From the NCBI GenBank assembly GCA_041737355.1, contig JBGSRW010000004.1, positions 1 through 57,399 on the forward strand: DNA of 57,399 nucleotides, given 5' to 3'. Positions 1 to 9,304 of the stretch are shown piece after piece. A model generated the notes under the pieces. The model had not been told where the DNA came from and searched no databases. It saw nothing but the letters and a program-made list of their open reading frames with translations. This DNA comes from Patescibacteria group bacterium. GTDB lineage: Bacteria > Patescibacteriota > Patescibacteriia > XYB2-FULL-38-15. Every line of letters begins with the position of its first letter. Positions within the stretch are counted from its first letter, which is position 1. The translations under genes were made by a program, and so were the position numbers.

Positions 1-951
1 TCCGGAAAAGTTTCTACGGCAAAAAGCTATATTGAGTCTGCTTTGGTTGGACTGGTTATCGCTCTTACATCATATGTTCTTCTTTATGCTGTTAACCCGA
101 AGTTAGTGGGATTTGAGGCGATGAAGGTGAAGTTTGTGGAAAGAGTCGAAGAACCGGTCGCTTCCTCTGCCGCATCTCTCGCTGAAGATTTACCCGCGGG
201 AGCGCTAACATCAGGAAACCACTCGGCTTTTATTACTCCCGAACAATATAAACTCGCAACAGGCAAAGATATGCCGTCAAAAGATGACATAATCGCGATG
301 ATGGACGAAATCGCGCCGGCGAAAGGTATCGACAAGTGCCTTTTGGATGCAATAGTTGCCAAGGAATCCGGATATAAACCAAATAGGCTTGGACACGATG
401 AAGATGTCGCTAGAGAACAGGTTGGATCGCGAAGAAAATTTATTGATTCTGGAAAAAAATACAGTGGAGCAACTTTCGCGCCGAACGCCAGTCTCTACAC
501 GCAATCTTTCCCAAACGACGACGTCTTCGATCCTCAAAGACCTCCTAATTATGGCTTGGATGTAAGATTTACTCACGGTATCGGCTTAGGCCAAATGACA
601 ATTCTGGACGAAGACCATGACGGGGAGATGGACCGCTGTCCCGATGGAAATATCGGACGCGAGGTTGGAAATACCTGTCTAAACGCGTTAGAATTATTTG
701 ATGCGGAAAAAACGCTCGAAGCCTCAGCAGATTTGATTAAAAAAAAGTTGCAAACAGTGAGTGGCAGCGTCGAAAGACTTTTTTATAAATATGCCGGCCA
801 AGGCTGCAGCGCCAGAGTTTCCCAATGTAAAAAAATGAAAGTATTTGCGGAGTGTAAGGGGGATCAAAATCTTGCCGCCAAAGAACGCGAAGATTGCACG
901 AGTTGGCTGCAGGAACAGGACGCAAATTGCCAAAACAAAGATTTCCGCTAA
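1..951 (+). CDS. Lytic transglycosylase (SLT/GH23, VirB1-like) preceded by a membrane helix; 5' end cut by the window edge
   Basis: Frame 1 is open from base 1 (SGKVSTAKSYIESALVGLVIALTSYVLLYAV...), so the listed TTG start at 43 is an artefact. A hydrophobic helix is followed by a soluble domain with SLT-type motifs AKESGY (catalytic Glu-Ser) and GIGLGQMT (cf. GLMQ). The STAK...GLVI helix resembles the last helix of the pilin-like modules at 52.0-52.4 kb and 54.0-54.4 kb. Confidence 0.6.
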   Translation, partial: SGKVSTAKSYIESALVGLVIALTSYVLLYAVNPKLVGFEAMKVKFVERVEEPVASSAASLAEDLPAGALTSGNHSAFITPEQYKLATGKDMPSKDDIIAMMDEIAPAKGIDKCLLDAIVAKESGYKPNRLGHDEDVAREQVGSRRKFIDSGKKYSGATFAPNASLYTQSFPNDDVFDPQRPPNYGLDVRFTHGIGLGQMTILDEDHDGEMDRCPDGNIGREVGNTCLNALELFDAEKTLEASADLIKKKLQTVSGSVERLFYKYAGQGCSARVSQCKKMKVFAECKGDQNLAAKEREDCTSWLQEQDANCQNKDFR

Positions 952-977
952 ACTCCGATTGAATTAACAGAAAAGTA

Positions 978-2366
978 ATGCATAACCAAGCGCAAACAAT
1001 TTACGAATGCCAAAAATGCGGCGCACAGACCTCAAAATGGGCTGGGCGGTGTTTAGAGTGCGGCGCCTGGGGAAGCTTGACTGAAACTGCCGGCGGCCCG
1101 ACAAGAGAAAAAACTCTGGAAAAAATTCTAACGGGAAAGGTTGTAAATTTCAACGAAGTGACCGGCAAAGATTTCGCCCGGATTAAAACCGGCCTCGGCG
1201 AATTTGACCAGGTTTTGGGTGGCGGAATAGTTCCCGGCTCGCTTGTTCTTTTGGGCGGAGAACCTGGCATCGGAAAATCAACCCTGGTTGCTCAACTGGC
1301 AGCCTCTATTTCGGGCGGCGATAAATCGACCCTCTATGTTTCGGGCGAAGAATCGGCCGAACAGGTAAAGATGCGGCTTGACCGGCTCGAACTTAACGCA
1401 AAATCTCTTCAATTTCTCGGAGAAACAAATATCGATGTTATCTGTTCCACAATCGCTAAAATAAAACCGGCCCTGGCAATTGTTGATTCCATTCAAACCA
1501 TGGCTACACCGGAAATTCCGTCGGAAGCCGGCAGCGTAAACCAGGTCCGTGCCTGCACGGTGAAATTGCTGGAGGTGGCGAAAAAAAATAATATCCCAAT
1601 TTTTGTTATCGGCCACGTTACAAAAGAAGGCCAAGTAGCCGGCCCAAAAACCCTGGAACATTTAGTTGATACCGTGCTCTACCTGGAGGGCGACCGCTTT
1701 CACGCCTATCGCCTGCTTCGCACTGTCAAAAACCGCTTTGGTTCAACCGATGAAGTTGGAATTTTTGAAATGCAAAACGGCGGTTTGAAAGAAGTCAAAA
1801 ATCCTTCGGCAATATTTTTGGAAGAACGCGGCGAAAATATCGCCGGTTCGGCCGTTACTTGCGTAGTCGAGGGCTCGCGGCCGCTCCTGGTTGAAATACA
1901 GGCCTTGGTTTCCCGGACGTATTTCGGATACCCCCAAAGGCGTTCCGCCGGATTTGATCTGAACCGCCTCCAACTTTTGCTCGCCGTCCTCGGTAAAAGA
2001 GCCGGAATGAATCTGGGAGCTCACGACGTGCATTTAAACGTTGCTGGCGGCTATAAAATCCAGGAACCGGCCTGCGACCTGGCTGTGCTTTTAGCCGTAG
2101 CCAGCGCCTTTAAAAATAAACCTCTGCCACCGAGCACAATCATTTTCGGCGAAGTCGGCTTGGGCGGCGAAGTACGCGCTACGGGGCAAACGGAAAAGAG
2201 AATTAACGAAGCGGAAAAACTTGGCTTCGGGGAGGTCTTAGCGCCCAACTTCAAACAACCAGCTAAGGGAAAAATAAAAATTGTCAAAGTAAAAAATATC
2301 GCCGAGGCTTTAAAATATTTTGGCCTGGACGGAAGAAACGCCAAAGAAGAAAATGCCGAAAATTAA
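978..2366 (+). CDS. radA: DNA repair protein RadA
   Basis: 462 aa. N-terminal zinc finger CQKCG...CLECG, Walker A GEPGIGKST, RadA-specific KNRFG motif and a Lon-protease-like C-terminal domain. Confidence 0.95.
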   Translation: MHNQAQTIYECQKCGAQTSKWAGRCLECGAWGSLTETAGGPTREKTLEKILTGKVVNFNEVTGKDFARIKTGLGEFDQVLGGGIVPGSLVLLGGEPGIGKSTLVAQLAASISGGDKSTLYVSGEESAEQVKMRLDRLELNAKSLQFLGETNIDVICSTIAKIKPALAIVDSIQTMATPEIPSEAGSVNQVRACTVKLLEVAKKNNIPIFVIGHVTKEGQVAGPKTLEHLVDTVLYLEGDRFHAYRLLRTVKNRFGSTDEVGIFEMQNGGLKEVKNPSAIFLEERGENIAGSAVTCVVEGSRPLLVEIQALVSRTYFGYPQRRSAGFDLNRLQLLLAVLGKRAGMNLGAHDVHLNVAGGYKIQEPACDLAVLLAVASAFKNKPLPPSTIIFGEVGLGGEVRATGQTEKRINEAEKLGFGEVLAPNFKQPAKGKIKIVKVKNIAEALKYFGLDGRNAKEENAEN

Positions 2367-2955
2367 AAAAAGTTTTTACAATCAAAAAACCCTAAAAGTT
2401 GCCAAGCTCCTGCTTGGTAAATTTTTAATAAGAAAAATCGGAAAAAGAATAATCTCCGGAAAAATCGTGGAGACCGAAGCCTATGTCGGACCAAAAGATC
2501 TCGCCTCACACGCCTCTCGGGGAAAAACTCCCCGCACCGCTTTGATGTTTGGCCCACCCGGCTTTTCTTACGTTTACTTAGTTTATGGCCTTAATTATTG
2601 TTTCAATATTGTCACGGAAGGCGAGGATTACCCGGCGGCTGTTCTTATCCGCGCCCTAGAGCCGGCGGAGGGTGTTAAAAGCATGTTTAACCGCCGAGGC
2701 ATTACTTGTACCCCCAATCCCCCGCCAGCCCTCTCAAACGGCCCCGGAAAACTCTGCCAAGCTCTGGGGATAGATAAAACTTTGAATAAGGCGGATTTAA
2801 CCGATGGCGTACTTTGGCTTGAAGACCGGGGAATAAAAATAAACCCCAGAGAAATAATTTCAAAACCGAGAATAGGTGTTGATTACGCCGGTAAATATAA
2901 AAATAAACCCTGGAGATTTTATCTCAAGGGTAATATCTTCGTTTCAAAAAAATAA
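2353..2955 (+). CDS. mpg: DNA-3-methyladenine glycosylase (AAG/Mpg family)
   Basis: Family signature IVETEAYVGPKDLASHA and PGFSYVYLVYGLNYCFN. ATG at 2353 is preferred to the TTG at 2320. It overlaps the radA stop by 14 nt. Confidence 0.85.
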   Translation: MPKIKKSFYNQKTLKVAKLLLGKFLIRKIGKRIISGKIVETEAYVGPKDLASHASRGKTPRTALMFGPPGFSYVYLVYGLNYCFNIVTEGEDYPAAVLIRALEPAEGVKSMFNRRGITCTPNPPPALSNGPGKLCQALGIDKTLNKADLTDGVLWLEDRGIKINPREIISKPRIGVDYAGKYKNKPWRFYLKGNIFVSKK

Positions 2956-5016
2956 TTATTCCAGGTGGACTTCGGCGGTAAATTTCCTTAGTTTTTCTTG
3001 CAGGTCCGGATAAGCGGAAAACTCCGGGTCTTTTTTTATCAAATTTTCGGCAGCCACCTTTGTTTCTTTAATAATTTCGTAATCGGTCAAAGCTGCTACT
3101 TTGAGATCGGGAATGCCGGACTGTCTTGTCCCCCAAATCTCGCCCGGCCCGCGGAATTCCAAATCTTTCTCCGCCAAAGCAAAGCCGTCGGAACATTGAA
3201 CAAGCACTCCGAGTCTTTTTGCCGTTTCCTCGTTTTCGCTGTCCGAGAAAAGAAAACAATAAGACTGGAAAACCGATCTGCCTACCCGCCCCCTGAATTG
3301 ATGAAGCTGAGCAAGACCAAAACGCTCGGCTCCCTCCACCATCATAATAGTAGCGTTCGGAATATCAACCCCGACCTCAACCACGGAAGTGGAAACCAGA
3401 ATATTTATTTTATTTTCGGAAAAATCTTTCATGACCGCCACCTTGTCCCTGGCTTCCATCCGGCCATGCAAAATTCCCACCCTAAGGTCGGGAAAAATTT
3501 CCTTGCTTAATTTTTTATGTTCTTCGGTAACCGATTTTACCCCGAGTTTATCCGAAGGATCGATCAGAGGGCAAATTACAAAAACTTGCCGCCCGGACTC
3601 AGCCTGTTTCCTTATAAAATCATAAGCCCTTTCCCTGTTTTCGGACGACACGAATCTGGTAACAATTTTTTTTCTGCCAGCCGGTAATTCGCGTATTACC
3701 GACAAATCAAGATCTCCGAAAAATACAAGCGACATGGTACGGGGAATCGGCGTAGCCGTCATGGAAAGGAAGTGGGGATATTTTTCTCCTCTCCCCTTGA
3801 GATTCTTTCTTTGATTGACGCCAAAACGGTGCTGCTCGTCGACTATAGCCAAGCCGAGATTATTAAATTTTATTTTTTCCTGAATCAGGGCGTGCGTTCC
3901 TATTACCAGATCGGCCGCGCTCGTGATTTCTTTGGGATCTATTTTTATATTATCCCCATTTTTCCGATTACTCATCGCCCTGTCGGTTCTCGTCAAAAGA
4001 CCGACCTTAATCTCTGAATTAGCAAAAAGTTTGCGGATATTTTCATAATGCTGTTTGGCGAGAATTTCGGTGGGAGCCATAAAAACGGTTCGATGCCCGT
4101 TCAAAAAAGTATTCAGGGCGGCGATAGCGGCAACTATTGTTTTACCCGAACCGACATCCCCCTCCAAGAGACGGTTCATCGGTTGATTTTTACCAATGTC
4201 CTGGATAATTTCCCAAGCGGCTTTGCGTTGCCCGTCCGTTAATTTAAAGGACAGCGTTTCTAAAAATTGCTTGGTTTCTTTTTCCGCAAATTTCAAAATT
4301 GGCGCCCGACTTTTCTGCAATTTATTTTTAAGCAATAAATTGTTGAGTTGAATTAAAAAAAGCTCATCAAACTTAAGCCGGCGACGAGCCTCGAAGAATC
4401 TGGTTTTGCTGTCGGGAAAGTGCGCTTGTTTTATTGCCTGTCCCAAACCGGCCAGCCGGAAATCTTTTCTGATTTCTCCGGGAAGCCAATCTGAGATTTT
4501 ATCGGCAAGAGGAACGGCAGTTTTTACCAAAAAACGTATTTGTTTATTAGTCAGATTTTCCGTCGCCGAATAAATCGGAACAATCCTGGCGGTATGAGTA
4601 GTATCTTTTTGAACTTTTTCGTAAGACGGCGAGGTAAAATGCATGCCGAAACGATCCAGTTCGATTTTTCCCGAAAGATAAATTTCTTCTCCTGCCTTTA
4701 AAATTTTGGCGAGATACGGCTGGTTAAACCACACAACTTTGACGGAACCGGTATTGTCGGAAACAAGCGCTTCGGTGATATTTTTTTTTCTGAAAAAACT
4801 TCTCGTATTTTTAATAATTTCCACCCTGCCCCGGCAGGTAGCCGCCGTATTATAATTCAACGATCCGATCGGGGTAATTTTGCTCCAATCTTCGTAGCGG
4901 AAAGGAAAATAAAAAAGAAGGTCTTCGGCAGTTCGGAGACCCAATTTTTGCAATCTTTTCGCGGTAGTTTTCCCCACACGGAGAAAACTTTCGATCGGCG
5001 TTTGAAGCGTTAGCAT
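2956..5016 (-). CDS. recG: ATP-dependent DNA helicase RecG
   Basis: Walker A GDVGSGKT, DEQH box (VDEQHRFG), TATPIPRT, and an N-terminal wedge/OB region. ATG at 5016 is preferred to the TTG at 5025. Confidence 0.95.
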   Translation of the reverse strand: MLTLQTPIESFLRVGKTTAKRLQKLGLRTAEDLLFYFPFRYEDWSKITPIGSLNYNTAATCRGRVEIIKNTRSFFRKKNITEALVSDNTGSVKVVWFNQPYLAKILKAGEEIYLSGKIELDRFGMHFTSPSYEKVQKDTTHTARIVPIYSATENLTNKQIRFLVKTAVPLADKISDWLPGEIRKDFRLAGLGQAIKQAHFPDSKTRFFEARRRLKFDELFLIQLNNLLLKNKLQKSRAPILKFAEKETKQFLETLSFKLTDGQRKAAWEIIQDIGKNQPMNRLLEGDVGSGKTIVAAIAALNTFLNGHRTVFMAPTEILAKQHYENIRKLFANSEIKVGLLTRTDRAMSNRKNGDNIKIDPKEITSAADLVIGTHALIQEKIKFNNLGLAIVDEQHRFGVNQRKNLKGRGEKYPHFLSMTATPIPRTMSLVFFGDLDLSVIRELPAGRKKIVTRFVSSENRERAYDFIRKQAESGRQVFVICPLIDPSDKLGVKSVTEEHKKLSKEIFPDLRVGILHGRMEARDKVAVMKDFSENKINILVSTSVVEVGVDIPNATIMMVEGAERFGLAQLHQFRGRVGRSVFQSYCFLFSDSENEETAKRLGVLVQCSDGFALAEKDLEFRGPGEIWGTRQSGIPDLKVAALTDYEIIKETKVAAENLIKKDPEFSAYPDLQEKLRKFTAEVHLE

Positions 5017-5043
5017 AATAACCAAGCTTTAACGTCAAGCTAT

Positions 5044-5115
5044 TGCGCCCGCGAGGAATCGAACCTCGATCACAAGCTCCGCAAGCTTGTACTCTATCCG
5101 TTGAGCTACGGGCGC
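5044..5115 (-). tRNA. tRNA-Arg (anticodon GCG)
   Basis: Reverse complement reads GCGCCCGTAGCTCAACGGATAGAGTACAAGCTTGCGGAGCTTGTGATCGAGGTTCGATTCCTCGCGGGCGCA. It has a 7-bp acceptor stem, anticodon stem CAAGC/GCTTG with loop TTGCGGA, and T-arm GAGGTTCGATTCCTC. No CCA is encoded. Confidence 0.9.
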
Positions 5116-5266
5116 ATGAGTCTGATGTTAATGACGTAAATTAAGGACAAAATCAGCCCTTTTCCCCGACCTTCCTTTTATTTAAGCAGGAAAAAATAAT
5201 TCTGTCCAACTAAATCCCCGCATCGCCGGAAGACGACACGGGGAACTATATTTTTTTATATTTTAT

Positions 5267-5761
5267 CTATATCTTCAGAAAACGACTATAGGATTCCGAC
5301 AACGGTTCGTGTTCCTGGTCGGTATCCTCAATTAAGTATTTCAGCAGGACTTCCCTCACCTTAAGAGGATTCTGATCCAGAAGCGGAACGGAAATCCTTG
5401 ATCTTAGGCCGTTGGGATTAAAATATAAATTTTTAACATCCGGCGGTTCGTAAATAATATAGAATTTGTCGACATCTTTCCATGTATAAAATTTTCCGCC
5501 CACCCCGACGCCGTCTTCGAATATTCCGAAATCAACCTCGTCCGGTTCGCTTATCGAGCGCAAAACGGTAATAACGGCCGCCAAAATTAAAATTACAACG
5601 AATAAAAAGTTCAATGTGTATATCGCGTAAACAACCAGCAGGCCGAAGGCTATCCCCGCCCAAATATACCAACTTTTTCCTCTTTCATATTTTTCGTACT
5701 CGGGTATTCTCCAATTCAAGAGAAGACTTCCCCGGTCCGTTTGTTTTTTTTCTTCCGCCAT
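5267..5761 (-). CDS. Hypothetical membrane protein (two adjacent TM helices plus a C-terminal soluble domain)
   Basis: The listed 223-aa ORF runs over the tRNA-Ser gene and its promoter. I trimmed it to the internal ATG at 5761 (MAEEKKQTDRG...). The hydrophobic segment is WYIWAGIAFGLLVVYAIYTLNFLFVVILILAAVITVL. I recognise no family. Confidence 0.55.
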   Translation of the reverse strand: MAEEKKQTDRGSLLLNWRIPEYEKYERGKSWYIWAGIAFGLLVVYAIYTLNFLFVVILILAAVITVLRSISEPDEVDFGIFEDGVGVGGKFYTWKDVDKFYIIYEPPDVKNLYFNPNGLRSRISVPLLDQNPLKVREVLLKYLIEDTDQEHEPLSESYSRFLKI

Positions 5762-5768
5762 AAATTTA

Positions 5769-5797
5769 TTGACAAAAACGTTTTCCGATATTATAAT
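5769..5797 (+). promoter_or_regulatory. Consensus sigma70-type promoter for the tRNA-Ser pair
   Basis: TTGACA (5769-5774), an exactly 17-nt spacer, then TATAAT (5792-5797). It lies 30 nt upstream of the first tRNA-Ser and is divergent from the CDS starting at 5761. Confidence 0.6.
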
Positions 5798-5827
5798 TTT
5801 GATATAAACTAGAGTTCCGGGGAGCGT

Positions 5828-5921
5828 GGAGAGGTGGCCGAGCGGCTTAAGGCAGCGGTTTGCTAAACCGTTATAGGGTTGAAAAGCCCTATCGAGGGTT
5901 CGAATCCCTCCCTCTCCGCCA
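5828..5921 (+). tRNA. tRNA-Ser (anticodon GCU), CCA encoded
   Basis: GGAGAGGTGGCCGAGCGG... with anticodon loop TTGCTAA, long variable arm TATAGGGTTGAAAAGCCCTATC, T-arm GAGGGTTCGAATCCCTC, acceptor CCTCTCC plus G, then CCA. Confidence 0.9.
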
Positions 5922-5946
5922 CTTTCTATATCAGACAAGCTATAAT

Positions 5947-6033
5947 TGGAGAGGTGGCAGAGTGGACTATTGCACCGGTCTTGAAAACCGGAGTCCTCGC
6001 AAGGGGACCGTGGGTTCGAATCCCACCCTCTCC
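5947..6033 (+). tRNA. tRNA-Ser (anticodon UGA), no CCA encoded
   Basis: GGAGAGGTGGCAGAGTGG... with anticodon stem CCGGT/ACCGG and loop CTTGAAA, a long variable arm, T-arm GTGGGTTCGAATCCCAC, and the same acceptor stem as the preceding tRNA-Ser. Confidence 0.9.
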
Positions 6034-6041
6034 GTTTCTTT

Positions 6042-6713
6042 TTACCCTTTTGCCAAAGCTATTCCCCAAACTTCTTTTGCCCCTCCCAGTTTCAATGTTC
6101 TCGCGCACTCTTCCATGGTTGCGCCGGTTGTCAGCACGTCATCCATCAGGATGATTTTTTTATTGGCAATCTTTGAAATATCGCTCACCGAGAAAGCACC
6201 CTTCACATTTTTTCTTCTTTCGCCCTCTTCGAGGTCAACCTGCGACGGGGTTGCCCTTATTCTCTTCAGAACCCCAGCTTCAAGAGGCCAGCCGAACCGG
6301 CGTGAAACTTTTTCGGCAATAATTTCCGCCTGATTGAAACCTCTTTCGAGAAATCTCTTCCTTGAGAGGGGAACGGGAATAAGAATAAATTCTTTTCCCG
6401 GAGGACGGCCTTTTTCGCAAATACCCTCCGCTACCAGATCGCCGAGCGGCAGAGCGAGACTTTCTACAAATTTATATTTCAAAAGGTGAATCGCTCTTTT
6501 TAATATCTCGTTATCATAGGAATAGAATGTCAAAATTCTGTCGAGGGATTCGCCGGATAAGGAATGCCCGTCTGTTCTTATTTTTTTCAAACACTCCCGG
6601 CACAACCACTCCCCTTCTTTTGCGCAGCCGATACATTCAACCGGAAAAAGTATGTCAAAAATTTCTTTTTTCAAGCAGGAAAAAACTTTTTTAATTTTCT
6701 CCCAGATCACCAT
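6042..6713 (-). CDS. comFC: ComF family protein (ComFC-type phosphoribosyltransferase-fold competence protein)
   Basis: N-terminal Cys4 zinc finger (CIGCAKEGEWLCRECLKK) and a C-terminal PRTase motif ILMDDVLTTGATMEE. Confidence 0.85.
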   Translation of the reverse strand: MVIWEKIKKVFSCLKKEIFDILFPVECIGCAKEGEWLCRECLKKIRTDGHSLSGESLDRILTFYSYDNEILKRAIHLLKYKFVESLALPLGDLVAEGICEKGRPPGKEFILIPVPLSRKRFLERGFNQAEIIAEKVSRRFGWPLEAGVLKRIRATPSQVDLEEGERRKNVKGAFSVSDISKIANKKIILMDDVLTTGATMEECARTLKLGGAKEVWGIALAKG

Positions 6714-6731
6714 TATCTAATCAGCCTTTAA

Positions 6732-7337
6732 TTAACGGGCCTGTCCCCATGTCGCTTCATCAACCTTCCATTCATCTCCGATTTTTTTAAAAATCAACTC
6801 CAAATCCTGGTAATAAACTTTTTGGTTTCCGCCGAGGTTTCCCGACGTTTCTATCTTCTGGGTTCCGACAACAATTTTTGCCGAACCTGCCCCTTTGTCA
6901 AAGCTTGAAATAGCCGTTGAAATCGCCTTGGTCGTAACCCCGGAGTACGCAGAGGCTCCTGACGCCGTGGTTCCGTTTTTTTTAATAAAATTATCGGCCC
7001 ATTGTTGCAACGCAGGAGTCATTATCGCTTTTAAATCCAAAATATTCTCAAAATTTCCCTGGTTGGAATAACTTCCAAATCTCTCCGCAAAAGCAGCGGC
7101 GAGGCGGGAAAGGTCGGTTTTTATCTTATCCTCATCGGGTATTTTTATTTCCGCTGCCGGCTGATTGGTATTAATTGCCGGCAAAGATACCGGGCTCGTC
7201 TGGCCGGTATTAGTGTTCGTGGGTATCGTCGTTCCTCCGGGAGACGGAAGGTTCGGTCTTATAAGCAGCCAGTAAATAAAGGCCAAAAACAGAAGGAGGA
7301 AGGCTATGACAATGATAATTTTTGTTCTTCGTGACAT
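6732..7337 (-). CDS. Bitopic membrane protein; candidate VirB8-like component (weak)
   Basis: A single N-terminal TM helix (IIIVIAFLLLFLAFIYWLLI), a Pro/Thr/Asn-rich linker and a roughly 120-aa C-terminal domain. It sits immediately downstream of VirB4. The VirB8-like role is inferred only from topology, size and position. Confidence 0.3.
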   Translation of the reverse strand: MSRRTKIIIVIAFLLLFLAFIYWLLIRPNLPSPGGTTIPTNTNTGQTSPVSLPAINTNQPAAEIKIPDEDKIKTDLSRLAAAFAERFGSYSNQGNFENILDLKAIMTPALQQWADNFIKKNGTTASGASAYSGVTTKAISTAISSFDKGAGSAKIVVGTQKIETSGNLGGNQKVYYQDLELIFKKIGDEWKVDEATWGQAR

Positions 7338-7370
7338 AGTAATCTTAATTCAACAAAAAATATTTTTTAT

Positions 7371-9287
7371 TTATTTTCCCGCGCCGCTCTCCGACGCCAT
7401 CTGATCGTCAAATTCTTTTTTAGCCGCTTCTATTTCCAAAAGCTGTTTCGGGTCGGAGGTTATAAGCTGATCCTCGGAATAAGAGGCAACTATTTTTATG
7501 GCGGCATGCTTTGCGCCGGCGAAGAAAATTCCCTCGCCAACCCCGCATTCAAGAAGCAAATATTTCTCACCCTGAGTTAACATGAAGGTTTTTTGCACGA
7601 GATCGATCGATGCAGGCGACTGCTTCAGGAGGAGCTGCAGGGAAGAATTGGTAACGATCGCCTGACCGTAAGGAGAAGTTAAAAAATCGTTAACGTCCTG
7701 GGTAATTGTTGTCACGCCCAAATAATATTTCCGGCAACGTTTCACGAGAGCGAAAATAAATTTCGCGCTATCCTCGTGCTGCATCAGCCACCAAGCCTCA
7801 TCAACCACGAGAATTCTTCTTTTTCTCTCGGAACGAACGACATTCCAGATAAAATTGACGATGTTATAAATGGCAATCGGCCGCAGTTCGTCTTCCAGGT
7901 CCCGGACGCTAAAAATAACCAAAGAGTTTCTTACGTCAATTGTCGTCGGAGAATTCAAAAGGCCGGAAAAAGTTCCTTCCGTATACTTTCTCAGTCTTTC
8001 AACCAAGCTTTCGGCGCCGGTCATTCCTTCCAAAATATTCTGTAAGTCTTTCATCACCGGAGGTTCAACGCCGCTTTTCAGATCGGTATCCGCGGTAATA
8101 TCTTTTTTGGCGTAAGTTTCAATCAAGGCTCTGTCCAAAACCGAGTCTTCCTCCGGAGAAAAAATAAGCCTGCCCCCTTCGCCCGGCCTCGCAAGCATCA
8201 GCCGCAGAAGACCTTTGAGGGTAATGACCGCGCTTCTGATTATATCCTCCGTGTTTACCTCTTCTCCGACCGGACGCGGCAAATCGAAGGGATTGATTTT
8301 TGAATCGGAAGCAAGGGAAATATTTACATAAGCTCCGCCGACCGCGTCGGAAAGATGTTTGTATTCCATTTCCGGATCAATAACCAAAACCTCCACGCCC
8401 ATCATAAGCGAACGCAAAACCTCGAGCTTAATAGCATAACTTTTGCCGGCGCCCGAAGTGGCAAAAACGACCGCGTTGGCATTTTGAAGAGAAAATCTGT
8501 CGAACAAGATCAAGCTGTTATTATGCCTGTTTATACCGTAGAGAATTCCGTTATCCGAAGTAAGCTCAGCCGACATAAAGGGAAAAGAGGAAGCAATCGG
8601 CGAGGAATTCATGTTGAAGGTAATCATCAGTTCGTCATTGCAAAGAGGAAGTGTGGAGTTGAAACCCTGCTCGGACTGATAAAACACCCTCTTGGTATAA
8701 ATAAGTTTAGAACCGAAGATGGACTCGACTTCTTCCGAAGTCTTATCCAACTCTTCCTTGCTCTTGGCGTAAATTGTCACATAGAGAGCGAACTGGAAAA
8801 AATGTTCAATACCCTGAGTCAAATCGTCGCGTAATTGCTCAATATCGCGGAGGGCCGTTTCCCGCAGAGGATCGCGTGGCGCGCCTTTTTCCGCATCGGA
8901 TAGAATCTGGGCTTCAAGGGCTCCAGCTTTCTTTTTCAGTTGTTTTAAAATAATTTCCGCCTTGACCGGATAGAAAAACATCGCCACGTCGAGAGCGGTA
9001 TTCAAATTAATAATTGGAGTAAACCAGCCGACGCTTATATAGCGGGGGTAAGTAATAACAAAAATGGTCCTGACGAATTTATCTCCAAGCAAAACATGCG
9101 ACGGTTCTATTTTCATCGACGCCGGAGCAACCAAGTCCTGAATGCCAACGACGCCTTTACGGTAAATGCGCTCTTCCTCAAGAATAATTTTTTCCGCTTC
9201 AAGCCGCCGTTTCTCTTCCGCGGAAGAAACGGGCGCGACCGCCTGCGGTTTTTCTTTTTTTGTAGCAGCGAAAGGATTGAACGCCAT
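7371..9287 (-). CDS. VirB4/TraE-family type IV secretion ATPase
   Basis: Walker A ATSGAGKSY and Walker B RILVVDEAWWLM. The N-terminal region (GDKFVRTIFVITYPRYISVGWF) is typical of Gram-positive-type VirB4 proteins. It is adjacent to a PrgI-like gene. Confidence 0.85.
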   Translation of the reverse strand: MAFNPFAATKKEKPQAVAPVSSAEEKRRLEAEKIILEEERIYRKGVVGIQDLVAPASMKIEPSHVLLGDKFVRTIFVITYPRYISVGWFTPIINLNTALDVAMFFYPVKAEIILKQLKKKAGALEAQILSDAEKGAPRDPLRETALRDIEQLRDDLTQGIEHFFQFALYVTIYAKSKEELDKTSEEVESIFGSKLIYTKRVFYQSEQGFNSTLPLCNDELMITFNMNSSPIASSFPFMSAELTSDNGILYGINRHNNSLILFDRFSLQNANAVVFATSGAGKSYAIKLEVLRSLMMGVEVLVIDPEMEYKHLSDAVGGAYVNISLASDSKINPFDLPRPVGEEVNTEDIIRSAVITLKGLLRLMLARPGEGGRLIFSPEEDSVLDRALIETYAKKDITADTDLKSGVEPPVMKDLQNILEGMTGAESLVERLRKYTEGTFSGLLNSPTTIDVRNSLVIFSVRDLEDELRPIAIYNIVNFIWNVVRSERKRRILVVDEAWWLMQHEDSAKFIFALVKRCRKYYLGVTTITQDVNDFLTSPYGQAIVTNSSLQLLLKQSPASIDLVQKTFMLTQGEKYLLLECGVGEGIFFAGAKHAAIKIVASYSEDQLITSDPKQLLEIEAAKKEFDDQMASESGAGK

Positions 9288-9304
9288 AAATTAAATTTCT
9301 ATCT

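Noticed and set aside
2953-2958. The convergent mpg and recG stop codons abut directly (TAA/TTA) with no intergenic base and no terminator.
   Set aside because: This is real but unremarkable. Extreme gene packing and overlapping ends recur throughout the window (radA/mpg overlap by 14 nt; rpsU/yqeY share TAATG).
5215-5243. Hairpin CCCCG...CGGGG followed by a T-run downstream of tRNA-Arg and the 5267 gene.
   Set aside because: The stem is only 5 bp with an 18-nt loop. The U-tract lies on the strand with no upstream gene to terminate. This is too weak to call.
5762-5938. N-terminal 59 codons of the listed 223-aa ORF 5267-5938 (-), and the plus-strand ORFs 5860-6333 and 5879-6154.
   Set aside because: They overlap two confidently folded tRNA-Ser genes and the consensus promoter. 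The sequence GGIRTLD... is the reverse translation of a tRNA T-arm. The ORF was trimmed to the ATG at 5761.
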